Assembly (NCBI GenBank): GCA_963836185.1 | Contig: CAWIIQ010000003.1 | Span: forward strand, 504,782 to 568,781 | Source of the DNA: Candidatus Krumholzibacteriia bacterium | GTDB taxonomy: Bacteria; Krumholzibacteriota; Krumholzibacteriia; Krumholzibacteriales; Krumholzibacteriaceae | DNA: 64,000 nt | Direction of reading: 5' to 3' | In this document: piece by piece, positions 9,784-20,559 of the stretch | How positions within the stretch are numbered: position 1 is the stretch's first letter | Layout of the letters: every line of letters begins with the position of its first letter | Notes under the pieces: model-generated | Databases searched by the model: none | Seen by the model: only the letters and a program-made list of their open reading frames with translations | Told to the model about the DNA's origin: nothing | Made by a program: the position numbers and the translations under genes

Positions 9784-10339
9784 TATCAGGCGCGCTGTCG
9801 CGGCCATTGTCATCTGTTTTGTCATTGCTCTCACATCGATTGCTTTTGAGGTGGATGCCAAGTCATATATAGGCATTTACGCCGATGAAGAACACTCGGA
9901 ATGTTCGTCGTACCCCACGCCGTACATGCTCGTGAGTTTCTGGGTATGGATCCAGCCGGGCGCCGACGGGCTGATATGCGCGGACTACGAGATCACCACA
10001 CCGTCCAATGTCATCGATGCAGCTACTATCATAAATCCCGCGGCGGGTTATCAGATTGGCGATGCCATTGTCCCGCCCGGAGCGACTATCTGCTTCCCCA
10101 CGTGCCAGGCGGACTGGATCTGGACTCATCAGCTGCAGTGCCTCGTAACAGACGCCACGCCATCGATCATCACGCTTGATCCTCACGACGACTACGGGAT
10201 ACTGCGTGTGACGACCTGCGTCGAACCGGAACCTACTGTTGAAGAGATGACGAAGATCAACGATCTCTTCCTCTACCAGGGATGCTGCCTCTCGACGGAG
10301 ACATCGAGCTGGGGGGCGATCAAGTCCCTGCTGAAATGA
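9770..10339 (+). CDS. Secreted Cys-containing beta-rich protein with C-terminal SSWGAIKSLLK tail
   Basis: GGAGGTG RBS, signal peptide, terminal motif; TGgTATAAT extended -10 at 9660-9668. Confidence 0.8.
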   Translation: MNRTDIRRAVAAIVICFVIALTSIAFEVDAKSYIGIYADEEHSECSSYPTPYMLVSFWVWIQPGADGLICADYEITTPSNVIDAATIINPAAGYQIGDAIVPPGATICFPTCQADWIWTHQLQCLVTDATPSIITLDPHDDYGILRVTTCVEPEPTVEEMTKINDLFLYQGCCLSTETSSWGAIKSLLK

Positions 10340-10360
10340 CTTCACGATGAGTACTCCTCG

Positions 10361-11572
10361 ATGAGCGATCAGATCAGATATCCCGCCGGCGAGGGCCGCT
10401 GGAAAGCGGACGACCGTGCTATCGCTCATATCGATATGGACGCATTCTACGCCTCCGTCGAATTTCTCGATTTTCCCGAACTTGCCGGCTTGCCCGTAGT
10501 CGTCGGGGGGGACTCGAAAAGGGGGGTCGTCTCGGCGGCGAGTTACGAGGCGCGAAAGTTCGGGATCCACTCGGCGATGCCGATATTCCGGGCGAAGCGT
10601 CTCTGCTCCGAGCTGGTAATCAGGCCGGGCAGGATGACGAGGTATGTCGAGCTCTCGCGTGAGGTGATGAAGGTCCTTCACAGGTTCTCCCCCATCGTGC
10701 AGCAGATCTCGATAGACGAGGCTTACATCGATCTGACAGGCACGGAGAAGCTCTTCGGCCCGCCGTCCGCGGCGGCAGCAGAGGTAAAATCGGAGATATT
10801 CGCGTCTACCTTCCTGACCTGCTCGATAGGATTGTCATCGAGCAAGCTGATCGCGAAGGTGGCATCCGACATGAACAAACCCGACGGGATCACGATCGTC
10901 CCGCCCTCGCGGGTGATGGAGTTCCTCCGTGTCCTGCCGGTCGGAAAGATCCCCGGTATCGGAGGAAAGAGCGAGGAGCAGCTCAGGCAGCTCGGCATCC
11001 GCGAGATAGGGGATCTGTCACGGTATGGCTCCGAATATCTCGAGGAGAGGTTCGGCAAGTTCGGGCAGAGGCTCTCGGCGATAGCCGAGGGGAGGATACA
11101 TTCCGAACTTGTCCCGTGGTCACAACCGAAATCGGTGAGCAATGAGCTGACGATGCCGGAGGACACCGGAGACAGGAGAACTCTGGAAAAATATCTCATG
11201 AGCCTCTCCGACAAGGTCGGCCGGCGACTCCGCAGGCAGGGGTTGAAGGGGAGGACCGTCGTTCTCAAGGTGAAGACTCACAAACACAGGCTGATCACGA
11301 GGAGCTCGACGCTCGAGAAGCCTGTCAGCCGCGGGAAGACGATATACGAGGAGGCCCGAAGGCTCCTCGATGAGTATGGTGTCCCTGTCGACCTCAGGCT
11401 GATAGGAGTAGGCGTCTCAGGGATCGAGCCCGAGAGCGGAAGCGGCCAGTTCGCGATGTTCGAAGGATCCTCACTTGAGGATGAGAAATGGGACCGTGTC
11501 GAGAAAGCCGTCGATTCTATCCTCGACAGGTTCGGACGAGACTCTGTTCGCAAGGGCAGGCAGCTCGAGTAG
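10361..11572 (+). CDS. dinB: DNA polymerase IV (Y family)
   Basis: HIDMDAFYASVE, SYEARKFG, SIDEAYID, SDMNKPDG, little-finger RLIGVGVS. Confidence 0.96.
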   Translation: MSDQIRYPAGEGRWKADDRAIAHIDMDAFYASVEFLDFPELAGLPVVVGGDSKRGVVSAASYEARKFGIHSAMPIFRAKRLCSELVIRPGRMTRYVELSREVMKVLHRFSPIVQQISIDEAYIDLTGTEKLFGPPSAAAAEVKSEIFASTFLTCSIGLSSSKLIAKVASDMNKPDGITIVPPSRVMEFLRVLPVGKIPGIGGKSEEQLRQLGIREIGDLSRYGSEYLEERFGKFGQRLSAIAEGRIHSELVPWSQPKSVSNELTMPEDTGDRRTLEKYLMSLSDKVGRRLRRQGLKGRTVVLKVKTHKHRLITRSSTLEKPVSRGKTIYEEARRLLDEYGVPVDLRLIGVGVSGIEPESGSGQFAMFEGSSLEDEKWDRVEKAVDSILDRFGRDSVRKGRQLE

Positions 11573-11575
11573 GGA

Positions 11576-12106
11576 CTACCAGCTCGCCCCTTCTTTATTA
11601 GCGTCGGGCGGGTATTTCTTCAGCAGCTTCTGGACTGTGTAATTGATCTGGTCGTTCATCCTGCTGCGGTCCTGCAGGGCATCGGTCGCCCAGCCTCTCC
11701 ATATGAGCTGCTTGTCCACGCGGTCGACGATGTCGATGATAAGGGTGCCTTCCTTGTACTGATAGACATTTGTCTGCGGGTACCAGTATCCATAGTAATG
11801 CGTGACATCGACCCTGTCGCGCGCGGTGAAGTAATAGGCCATCAGGAAATCGGGATGCCCCTCCTCGATCCTGGTAAACCCCTTTTTCGCCATCTCCGCG
11901 TTGACCGCGCTTTTGACATGTCCCTCGATAAGGGGATCGTTCATCAGGGGATTATCCTCTGTGCCCTTGACGTGAGGGATCCATCTGTAAGTCTTGTATT
12001 TCGAGAAATCGACCTCGCGGTTGTAATCCGTCTCGATCTGGACCGTGGAACAGCCTGTCATGAAGATGATCGCGGTGAACGCTGTGAATATTGCGGTTCT
12101 TTTCAT
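11576..12106 (-). CDS. DUF4136-family lipoprotein
   Basis: Lipobox MTGC, DFSKYKTY, YKEGTLIIDIVD..LIWRG. Confidence 0.88.
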   Translation of the reverse strand: MKRTAIFTAFTAIIFMTGCSTVQIETDYNREVDFSKYKTYRWIPHVKGTEDNPLMNDPLIEGHVKSAVNAEMAKKGFTRIEEGHPDFLMAYYFTARDRVDVTHYYGYWYPQTNVYQYKEGTLIIDIVDRVDKQLIWRGWATDALQDRSRMNDQINYTVQKLLKKYPPDANKEGASW

Positions 12107-12284
12107 TTCGACCTCCAGGTCTCAGGGGGTACCATGACGAATATAACACCTATGGCGGCGGGCTTCAATGATATAGGAGAGAGTTCAATATCAGATTGTT
12201 AACACAGGCCGAACACTGTAATATCTTCTGGCAGTCAGCAAAGATGCATTCAATAAAGCACAAGCAGGAGTCCTTCGCGAGCCG

Positions 12285-13457
12285 ATGATTGATATTCTTA
12301 GAAACTCAGTGATGATAACGGGCTTTGTCTTCGTGATGATGCTCGTGATCGAGTATATAAATGTCGTCACTAGCGGCAGGTGGGGCGAGAGGCTCGCCCG
12401 TAACAGGGCGGGGCAGTATATCCTCGCAGCCGTGCTCGGAGCTCTTCCGGGGTGCCTCGGACCGTTCGCCATCGTCGCGATGTTTTCCCACAGGATAGTC
12501 GGGCTGGGGGCGGTCATCACTGCGATGATCGCAACGAGTGGTGACGAGACATTTGTCATGCTTGCCCTTATCCCGAAACAGACATTGATCCTCATCCCGG
12601 CGCTGATGGCTACGGGGATCCTCGCCGGTATCCTGACCGATTCGCTCTCGCTGAGGGTCAGTTTTCTCGAAAAGATGCATTGCGACGGCCTCGTCGTTCA
12701 CGAAGGACATGAGGGTAACGCATTTCCCCGGGGTGGCATCGCCCGCCAGTGGAGAAACTGTACGCCGGCACGCGGGATCCTTGCCGTCGCGATAGTCCTT
12801 CTCCTGCTCGCTGTGGTATCCGGGCAACTGTCGCACGGCAGCCATGCCCTGGGGGATATGGGAGGACAGGAGAAAGAGACGATCGAACAGATTCATGGAG
12901 AAACGGATGTCCTGGATCACGATCACGAAGAGCCTGCAGCCGGGCAAGATCAAGAACATACTGCCGACGCCCATTCGGGGCACGATGGCTGGGGATGGAT
13001 ACGCATTACCCTGCTGGTCACATCTCTTCTCGCGCTTTTCATCGTTGTGACCGTTCCCGATCATTTTCTAGACGAGCATCTGTGGAGACATATAGCGATC
13101 CGCCACGTTCCGCGGATATTCCTCTGGACCTTCGGGGCCCTGCTCGTTCTGCATCTGCTTACATCATATCTCGACGTCGATCTCATCAGGCTCGTCGCGA
13201 AGGGACAGTGGTTCGTGCTGCTTGCGGCCTGTCTCGCCGGGCTGATCCCGCAGTCGGGGCCCCATTTGATATTCGTGACCCTGTTTGCCGGCGGATACAT
13301 ACCGATGAGCGTCCTGCTGGCAAACTCGATCGTTCAGGACGGCCACGGCATGCTGCCCGTGCTTGCCTATTCACGACGGGTCTTCATACTGATCAAGATC
13401 ATAAACCTCATCTTCGGCCTTGCTGTCGGGGTGGCCGCGATGGCTGCGGGCATATGA
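12285..13457 (+). CDS. Putative metal (manganese-type) transporter with His-rich loop
   Basis: LGALPGCLG, IATSGDE, IPQSGPH, QDGHG; multiple TMs. Confidence 0.75.
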   Translation: MIDILRNSVMITGFVFVMMLVIEYINVVTSGRWGERLARNRAGQYILAAVLGALPGCLGPFAIVAMFSHRIVGLGAVITAMIATSGDETFVMLALIPKQTLILIPALMATGILAGILTDSLSLRVSFLEKMHCDGLVVHEGHEGNAFPRGGIARQWRNCTPARGILAVAIVLLLLAVVSGQLSHGSHALGDMGGQEKETIEQIHGETDVLDHDHEEPAAGQDQEHTADAHSGHDGWGWIRITLLVTSLLALFIVVTVPDHFLDEHLWRHIAIRHVPRIFLWTFGALLVLHLLTSYLDVDLIRLVAKGQWFVLLAACLAGLIPQSGPHLIFVTLFAGGYIPMSVLLANSIVQDGHGMLPVLAYSRRVFILIKIINLIFGLAVGVAAMAAGI

Positions 13458-13487
13458 GGGCTGATTCTCGATTTCTGAAAGGACCGC

Positions 13488-14486
13488 ATGGCTGACCTTG
13501 AATTCAAACGCATAGTGACCCACAACGATTTCGACGGGATCGTCTCGGCGGCGATATGTTCCATCGCTTCTGGTGTCAATCACGTCATATTCACCGGCCC
13601 CAACTCGATAGCAAGGGCCGAGGTCTCCGTCGGCCCCGCCGACATCGTCACCGACCTTCCCTATCCGCTCGACTGCGGGATGTGGTTCGACCATCACCCG
13701 GGCAACCTCGACGCGGTCAAGCTGAGAGGGATCGATCCGGCCGGTATTCCCGGCAGGTTCGATGAAAAACCGTCGTGTGCCCGGGTCGTGTTCGAGCATT
13801 TCACAGGCGAGGGATTCGAGATGCCCGCTCATATAGCCGGGACAGTCGACGAGGCGGACGTGATCGACTCGTTCGACTACCGCAGCGTCGCCGAGTGGAG
13901 GGAGGAGACTCCCGGAAAGCTCGTCGATATGAGCATTAAATCGGATTTCCGCGATTTCAGGGAGCAGACAAGGTTTCTGCAGCGTCTCACCGAGATGGCC
14001 AGAGAGATGCCTCTCGGCGAGATCGCCTCGGACGAGGAGATCTCAGCGAGAATCGACAATTACAAAGCGGGCGAAGAGAAGATGATCAAGCTGATCGAGG
14101 ATTCGGTCTCTTTCCTCAAGGAGGACGCCGGCCATGAGCTGATCGTGATGGACTTTACGCATCACAAGAGAAGGCCGAGGGTGATCCGCAACCTCGCCTA
14201 CATGCTCTATCCCGAGTCCCTCGGTGCGATGACGATCAACTCGCTCTTCCGCCGAGGGACGAAGACGAACGACATCAGCATAACGATATCGCTTTCGATG
14301 AACATGACAGGCCGCGACCACAAAAAAGATATGGGAGAGATAATGCGTGAGCTCGACATAGGCGACGGCCACGTCGGCGCGGCGGCCGGTACTATCCAGT
14401 GTCACTCCAAGGATATGATGCTCCGCGAGAAGAAGCGCGCCCTCGACGAGATCTGGGCGATGTGGAAAGCGATGCCAGCTATCTGA
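13488..14486 (+). CDS. DHH-superfamily phosphoesterase
   Basis: THNDFDG, WFDHH, GDGHVGAAAG. Confidence 0.8.
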   Translation: MADLEFKRIVTHNDFDGIVSAAICSIASGVNHVIFTGPNSIARAEVSVGPADIVTDLPYPLDCGMWFDHHPGNLDAVKLRGIDPAGIPGRFDEKPSCARVVFEHFTGEGFEMPAHIAGTVDEADVIDSFDYRSVAEWREETPGKLVDMSIKSDFRDFREQTRFLQRLTEMAREMPLGEIASDEEISARIDNYKAGEEKMIKLIEDSVSFLKEDAGHELIVMDFTHHKRRPRVIRNLAYMLYPESLGAMTINSLFRRGTKTNDISITISLSMNMTGRDHKKDMGEIMRELDIGDGHVGAAAGTIQCHSKDMMLREKKRALDEIWAMWKAMPAI

Positions 14487-16014
14487 TCTCCCACTCCTCG
14501 AAGATAGTGTCGGTTATCCGCCGAACCTGGCTGTGGTCGATGAACCACAATGGAAATCCGAAATGGAAGCTGTCATGCGGAATCTGTCGATGAGGTTCGC
14601 ATTGGCTGTAGTATCCCGCATAACCACCTGATACAAGTGTCCCCCTGAGAGCTATTGCCGCGTCATTGAGAGGAGACAGTATGTTGTACGTTCTCATGCG
14701 GTATGTCGGGGTGAAGCATGGATGTGATTGAGCATTGATATGCTCCATGTAGTACGCCGGGTCGTATGCCTCGATATAAGTGAATCCTTGAGTATGCGGA
14801 TTGAAGAAACAGTAGGGACATGTGACCGACTCGTCAAGGGTGAGAGTGTCAGGGAGATCAAGATCCAGTGCGCCTTCTGATCTGAGCGCCATCGTCATCG
14901 CATCCCTTTCGTACGATCGGATTACACCGTTCGGGAGGTCCGACCTGAAGACACCGATGACTTTGTCGATCACGGTCACGTAGTAGTCATCATGCGCCAG
15001 CGAGTACTTTGCGCGTTTTCTGTCGAAATCGTACGGACTCAGATTATCCAGAACAGAAGAGGGATAGAGAGGTTCATACGGGAAGATCTCGCTAAGCCCC
15101 CCTTCCCTGTCGGTTCTGCCGCAGGTCAGCGCGCTGCCGCCCGCTGCCAGAAACATCCTGAAGTTGTCCGGCATGAACATGTTACTGCTGTTCTGAGGCG
15201 CCGGATCGAACACGATCGTATTCTTCCAGCAGGTATGCATGGAGCTGCTGTAGGTCCAGACGACATTTCTGTAATCCGCCAGGATCTCCAGTGGGACCGG
15301 GTCGTACAAGTTGTACTTGTCCGCCTCGTAAATATCTCTTGCCTGATCGAATCCCGGGGCCCTCGAGCAGATGCCGGTCCAGAATTCGTCGTGCTCGGCC
15401 TCACTCGGATTTGTCATGGCAGGTACATATCCCCCGAGCAGATAGTCGTCTATCCAGAGAAGGTCCCGTTCTCTTGTGAACGGGATCACCTCGAGTTCCA
15501 CGCGTGCCCGGGTGACCTGTCCCGATATGCCTCTCGCTTCGACATAAAGGATGTGTATACCGGAGTTGAAAGACCGGGGCTCTGAGACCGTGGTGTTCGG
15601 GGACCACGGCCCGGACCATTCGTCATCGTCTTCAAAGTCCTCTATATCCCAGCCGTACCTGAACATGATCGGACTGAGATATGGAGCCGATATATCGGAA
15701 TCCCACTGGAACGAGAATTCGACCCCCGGCAGAATGGGCGTCGCCGGCACTATCAATGTGTTGATACCTATGAACCTGCCATGACCGAGTATCGGTTCCC
15801 ATACATCGATGAAAGGTGGGGAAGAAATTGTCGTACTGCCCCCGGTGGTTTCGTCCGGCGCGGCGATCTCGTCGTCAGAGCATCCGGTGAGGACGAGGCA
15901 TGCCGCGGCGAAGATGATGAACAGGGGGATAAAGACATACTTCGGGAAAATGTCGTCCAGCACGGCGGCGCGGGCCCTCCGTTCCGGAACTGCGGAAAAG
16001 TGTGTGAGTCTCAT
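14479..16014 (-). CDS. Lipoprotein of unknown function
   Basis: GGAAGGAG RBS, ATG 16014, hydrophobic stretch and lipobox LTGC. Confidence 0.7.
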   Translation of the reverse strand: MRLTHFSAVPERRARAAVLDDIFPKYVFIPLFIIFAAACLVLTGCSDDEIAAPDETTGGSTTISSPPFIDVWEPILGHGRFIGINTLIVPATPILPGVEFSFQWDSDISAPYLSPIMFRYGWDIEDFEDDDEWSGPWSPNTTVSEPRSFNSGIHILYVEARGISGQVTRARVELEVIPFTRERDLLWIDDYLLGGYVPAMTNPSEAEHDEFWTGICSRAPGFDQARDIYEADKYNLYDPVPLEILADYRNVVWTYSSSMHTCWKNTIVFDPAPQNSSNMFMPDNFRMFLAAGGSALTCGRTDREGGLSEIFPYEPLYPSSVLDNLSPYDFDRKRAKYSLAHDDYYVTVIDKVIGVFRSDLPNGVIRSYERDAMTMALRSEGALDLDLPDTLTLDESVTCPYCFFNPHTQGFTYIEAYDPAYYMEHINAQSHPCFTPTYRMRTYNILSPLNDAAIALRGTLVSGGYAGYYSQCEPHRQIPHDSFHFGFPLWFIDHSQVRRITDTIFEEWEIR

Positions 16015-16272
16015 CTCAATCTCTCCTTCCCGGTATCGGCGGGGTGGAGTGTGAGAGCGGGAGCGGTCAGTGGGTGATGAGAATGTGCGATCTGCTGTGG
16101 ACCCCTCTATAAAAAGATAACTACAGGGAGAAGGCTGGGCAAGGTGAAATCCCGCTTGTGGCCGGCGCTGCGGGTCCATCGCCAGGTCCGGTGTGCTGGA
16201 CTGACCTTTGAAAATCTGATAGAATCACTCTGCCTTGGGCGATCATTCTTCACATATGGAATCGGAGACAGC

Positions 16273-19200
16273 ATGAAGTCCATCGACGCCGATTTTTCCG
16301 GTCATATTGTCCCCAGTCCTGGTGGCGGCCCTTATAATGCTGTCTTTTACGGATGGTCCTTGCCCAGAAGACGATAGATGGAAATTTCTTTCCGGGTGAG
16401 TGGCTGACCTCGGTGGAGCTTCGCGCCGATAATACTGACAGGCCGTGGGCCGAGGACAACGACCTGATAAACCTCTACGTCGGCTGGGACCAGACCGATC
16501 TTTTCGTCGGAGTCGAGGGATTCACCGGCAGCAATAACGTGTTTTTCATATACATCGACTCGAGCTCGAGACTGGTCGGTGCTGAGCAGAACGACTATTA
16601 CCCGGGATTCAAGACACAGTCCGAGGGCTGGGACCCCGACTTCATCTACGCCGTAGTCGAGATGGAGAACGGTATCGGCGCCGATGTAAAAAGGATCATG
16701 GGTGACGGCAGTACCGTTTCGGTTCCGGGCGCCTTTCACGGTTCTAAATGGCCGCATAACAACTCCAATTTTATCGGAGGCTGGGAGATCTCGATTCCCT
16801 GGGCGGAGATAGGCGTTGCGGCCGGCGGTTCGGTCAAGGTGGCGGCCGGACTCGGCTGGGCGACGAACAGGCTGCTTCCGACAGCCCCTCTCGGGGGCGG
16901 GAGCGGGGACGAGCTTGGCGAAGACCTCGACGCCGACCTGCTCAGCCTCGACAACCCCGTTACTGTGATCTACGACTCGGACAACGACGGGATGCCCGAT
17001 GATATCGTGGCGATGGCCGATTCGGTCGACGTGAGGTTCGAGTTCGAGGCGCCGCCCGGCGCGACAACTGTCAACCTTGCCGGCACCTTCAACGCCTGGT
17101 GCGACAACGGCGGCACCATCAATATCGATACCGCGATAGACCCCATGTCAGACGACGACATGGACGGGATATGGACTATAGACAGGAAACTCACCCAGTC
17201 GACCCACGAGTACAAGTTCGTCGTCAACACGAACCAGTGGTACTCCGATCCGAAGAATGTCCGGGTCTCGAATGACGGGTTCGGCAACTCGGTGCTGAAG
17301 GTCTTCAATCCCCTCGTATATCTGCTCGCTCCCCTTGACGGTAGCGATATCACCGACCCGACTCCGGTAATCGGATGTTACCTGGCCAAGGTGCGATACT
17401 TCGGCCTTTGACCTCGACATGCTGCGGGTATACATCGGCGAGGAACTCGTCGGCTCCGGGCCTGGCCTGTACGACGAGGCGGCAAGGAAGGTGATCATTC
17501 CGGTTGATCGATCCGCTGCCTAACGGCGAGCATCTCGTCCATATAATCATCGGGAATGTGGGCGGCCCTTACTTCTACGACACCACGACATTCACCGTGG
17601 CGAACGATCCCGAACCACCCGTTATCTCGCACGTTCCGTTCTCTGGCGCGCCCCCGCGTCGAGCGATCTTCCCGTTACCGCGACGATCACCGATAACGAC
17701 ATCATCCAGTCAGCTGCCGTCTACTACCGCGCTGTCGGCGCTGAGCACCTGGCTGTCAGCCGAAATGCTCGAGGGACTCGAGGATCAGTGGACGGGGATC
17801 ATTCCCGGCGAGGATCTTTCCTTCGGGACAACAATGGAATACTTCATCTCGGCCTCGGACAGGGTAAACACTACCCTCGACCCGACGTCCGGCACACACA
17901 CATTCCCCGTCTGGATCGACAGGGAGCCGCCTGTTATCGGCGAGCATTTCGCCTCACCGGCGGTGATCTCCCCCGGAGACGGCAGCGATGATGTCTCGAG
18001 GATATCGTTTCGCATCTACGAGACAGTCTCTGTAAACCTCGAGATACTCGACCTTACCCAGATGCCGGGAACCCATATACGGACTCTTGCCTTTGAGGCG
18101 CAGATGAACGCCGGCTACCAAAGCTTTATCTGGAACGGCCGAAACGAGCAGAACGAGATCATGCCGGACGGCACGTACGCTTACAGGATAACGGGCGTAG
18201 ACCTCGCCGGTAATCCGGCCGATCCGGTCGAGGGTTCGATCGAGATAGACCAGGCCGTTCCCCCGGGCAAGCTCAAGGTCGCGCTTCTTTTTCACGCCAA
18301 CCAGAACCTCAATTACCAGGGCGACAGGGCGAACGATGTCTGTTTCAACGGGCTTCTCTCAGTGCTGAGGCAGCATCCCTCCTCGAAATTTATGATTCAC
18401 TTCTCCGGCACATTGCTTCATGACGTCCTCTGGTACGACTTCCGGAACAGCCCATCGACGATCCAGATGCTTCGCGACGGCGCTGCCGACGAACAGTTTG
18501 AGATCGTCGGTTCGACATACTCGCAGAACATCCCTTACTCGACCGACATGTGGGACAACAAGGTCGAGATCGATGTGCACCGCGATGTCATCGAGAAATC
18601 TCTCGGTGTGAGCCCGACGGTCTTCTGGAACGCCGAGCGCTGCTGGAAGCAGCAGCTCGTGCCACTCTTTACGGAGGGGGGCTACGCGGCGACATGGATC
18701 GAGACCCATATCCTTATCGACAGCGGCATGTCGTCATGGGAGCATATCGTCCGCCGGACCCGTCTCGGCGGGGATGAGATCATAGTCATCAACGACGATG
18801 GAGGGATGATCGGCAGGCTCGATTACGCGATCGATTCGGGGGATACCGGCCCTCTCGTCAACTATCTCTATAATCTCCATCTATCTGATGTCTATCGCGA
18901 TTTCCTCGTTACTTACTGCCAGGACGCCGAAGCTACAGGGCTATGGGACTACGATGCCGGATACGACCCGCAGGATGACTGGGACAACCTCGATGCCGTG
19001 CTGACGGAGCTCGAGTCCTACGACTGGCTCGACATCACGACTATCTCGGAGTACCTCAAGACCCGCCATCCGACCGAGATGATCGAGCCTGTTGTCGATG
19101 GACAGGCCGAATGGATGATCGGGCCGTCTCAGTCCGACGGCTGGGACGACTGGTTCGACTACAACGCGAACTCGCCGCTCGTCAATCACTACCGCGGCTA

Positions 19201-20542
19201 TTACTCGACCGTCAGGGCGAGGATACAGGAGGTGCAGGCCGGCAAGGTCCCGGGGACGGCGGCGCACAACCTTATCGAGCATGCCCTTCGCAGCTTTGCC
19301 GCTCACCAGTTCGAGTTCGGCTGTATAGGCTGCGGCCAGATGTATTGCCAGGACTGGCAGAAGATGGAGACCCTCGAGGCGGCGCTGCTCGCGGCTGAAT
19401 ACGCGTCGACGCCTGTCACGGACCCCGAGTTTCCCTCGATCGATGTCAACGGTGACGCGGTCGACGAGATCGCGATGATAACCGACGATGATTTCCTTGC
19501 CTTCACTCCATACGGCGGAAGGCTTCTCTACTGGTACGACCTCGAAGCGGGCGAGCAGCTGGTAGGCAATGAGATATTCATGTGGGGATATTATTATCTC
19601 CCGTACCGCGAGCACTGGACAGGTCCCGGGTACAATGACGACTACCACTACATGCAGGACTTCGAATGGAACGCCCCGTACTACTTTCCGTCGGCTATAC
19701 CTTATCAGCGTTTCTACGCGATCAGAAAGAAAGCGCTCAGTGAGTTCCTGTCGGTCAATGGGGTGGAGCAGGTCCAGCTGCTCGACGATTTCCAGTCGGT
19801 TTCGCTGACCGGGGATACCCTGACGTTCGGCCATATAGATACGGATTTCAGGTACGCAAGGGAAGTCTGGCCGATAGAGGACGGAATAGCGGTGAGATAT
19901 ACGATGCAGAACACGAGCGGCACGACCAGGAGCTTCGAGCACCGCATTGAGAACAGCCTCTGCCCGACGCTTCTTGAGGCGATGGACGGCGGCCGCGAGG
20001 CCCTCAAGTACTGGAACGGGTCTGATACGTCGTCGGTGATCGGGCCGTCAGACATAGGAGTCATGAACGTTATCTCCAGCGCGACTGTACAGTTTGCCTT
20101 TTCTCCCCAGCCCGACGGGCTGTCAGGAGGCATAGACGTATTCGCGCTTCGTTATGATCCGGTCTATGTTTACGAGCTGGGATCCGGCGAGTCGAAGAGT
20201 TACTCGTTCGAGATGACGAGGACTCGCGACATTTCGACAGGCGGCGGGCCCGGGACACCTGTCCTTCGAAGGGACCTGCACCGCAACTATCCCAACCCCT
20301 TCAATCCATCGACGGTCGTGAGCTTTACCGTTCCGAAGTGGGAAAAGGTCGAGGTGAGAGTCTACGACGTTTCGGGCAGGTTCGTCAGGACACTTGCCGA
20401 CGGGACCTTCGAGCCGGGGACTCATTCGATTTCGTGGGACGGAACGAACGAGGGCGGCAGAGATGTCGGGAGCGGAGTCTACTTCTGCAGGATGAAAGCC
20501 GCAGGGTTCTCAAAGACCAGAAAACTCGTTCTGATCAGGTGA
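16273..20542 (+). CDS. Exported multidomain alpha-glucan enzyme (CBM48, Ig/FlgD, GH57, beta-sandwich, FlgD/Por CTD) with ~6 frameshifts in the first 1.5 kb
   Basis: CBM48 (VNLAGTFNAW, HEYKFVVN..W.SDPKN); GH57 regions LFHANQ, HFSGTLL, FWNAERCW, QDAEA; terminal NYPNPFNP...KTRKLVLIR. Confidence 0.75.
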
Positions 20543-20559
20543 GTTGGGTATGGCGAGGG

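Noticed and set aside
16137-16206. FMN-riboswitch-like words (GGGCAAGGTGAAATCCCG...GGTCCGGTG)
   Set aside because: The 3' conserved block and pairing are missing and the context is not riboflavin-related; a covariance-model search would settle it
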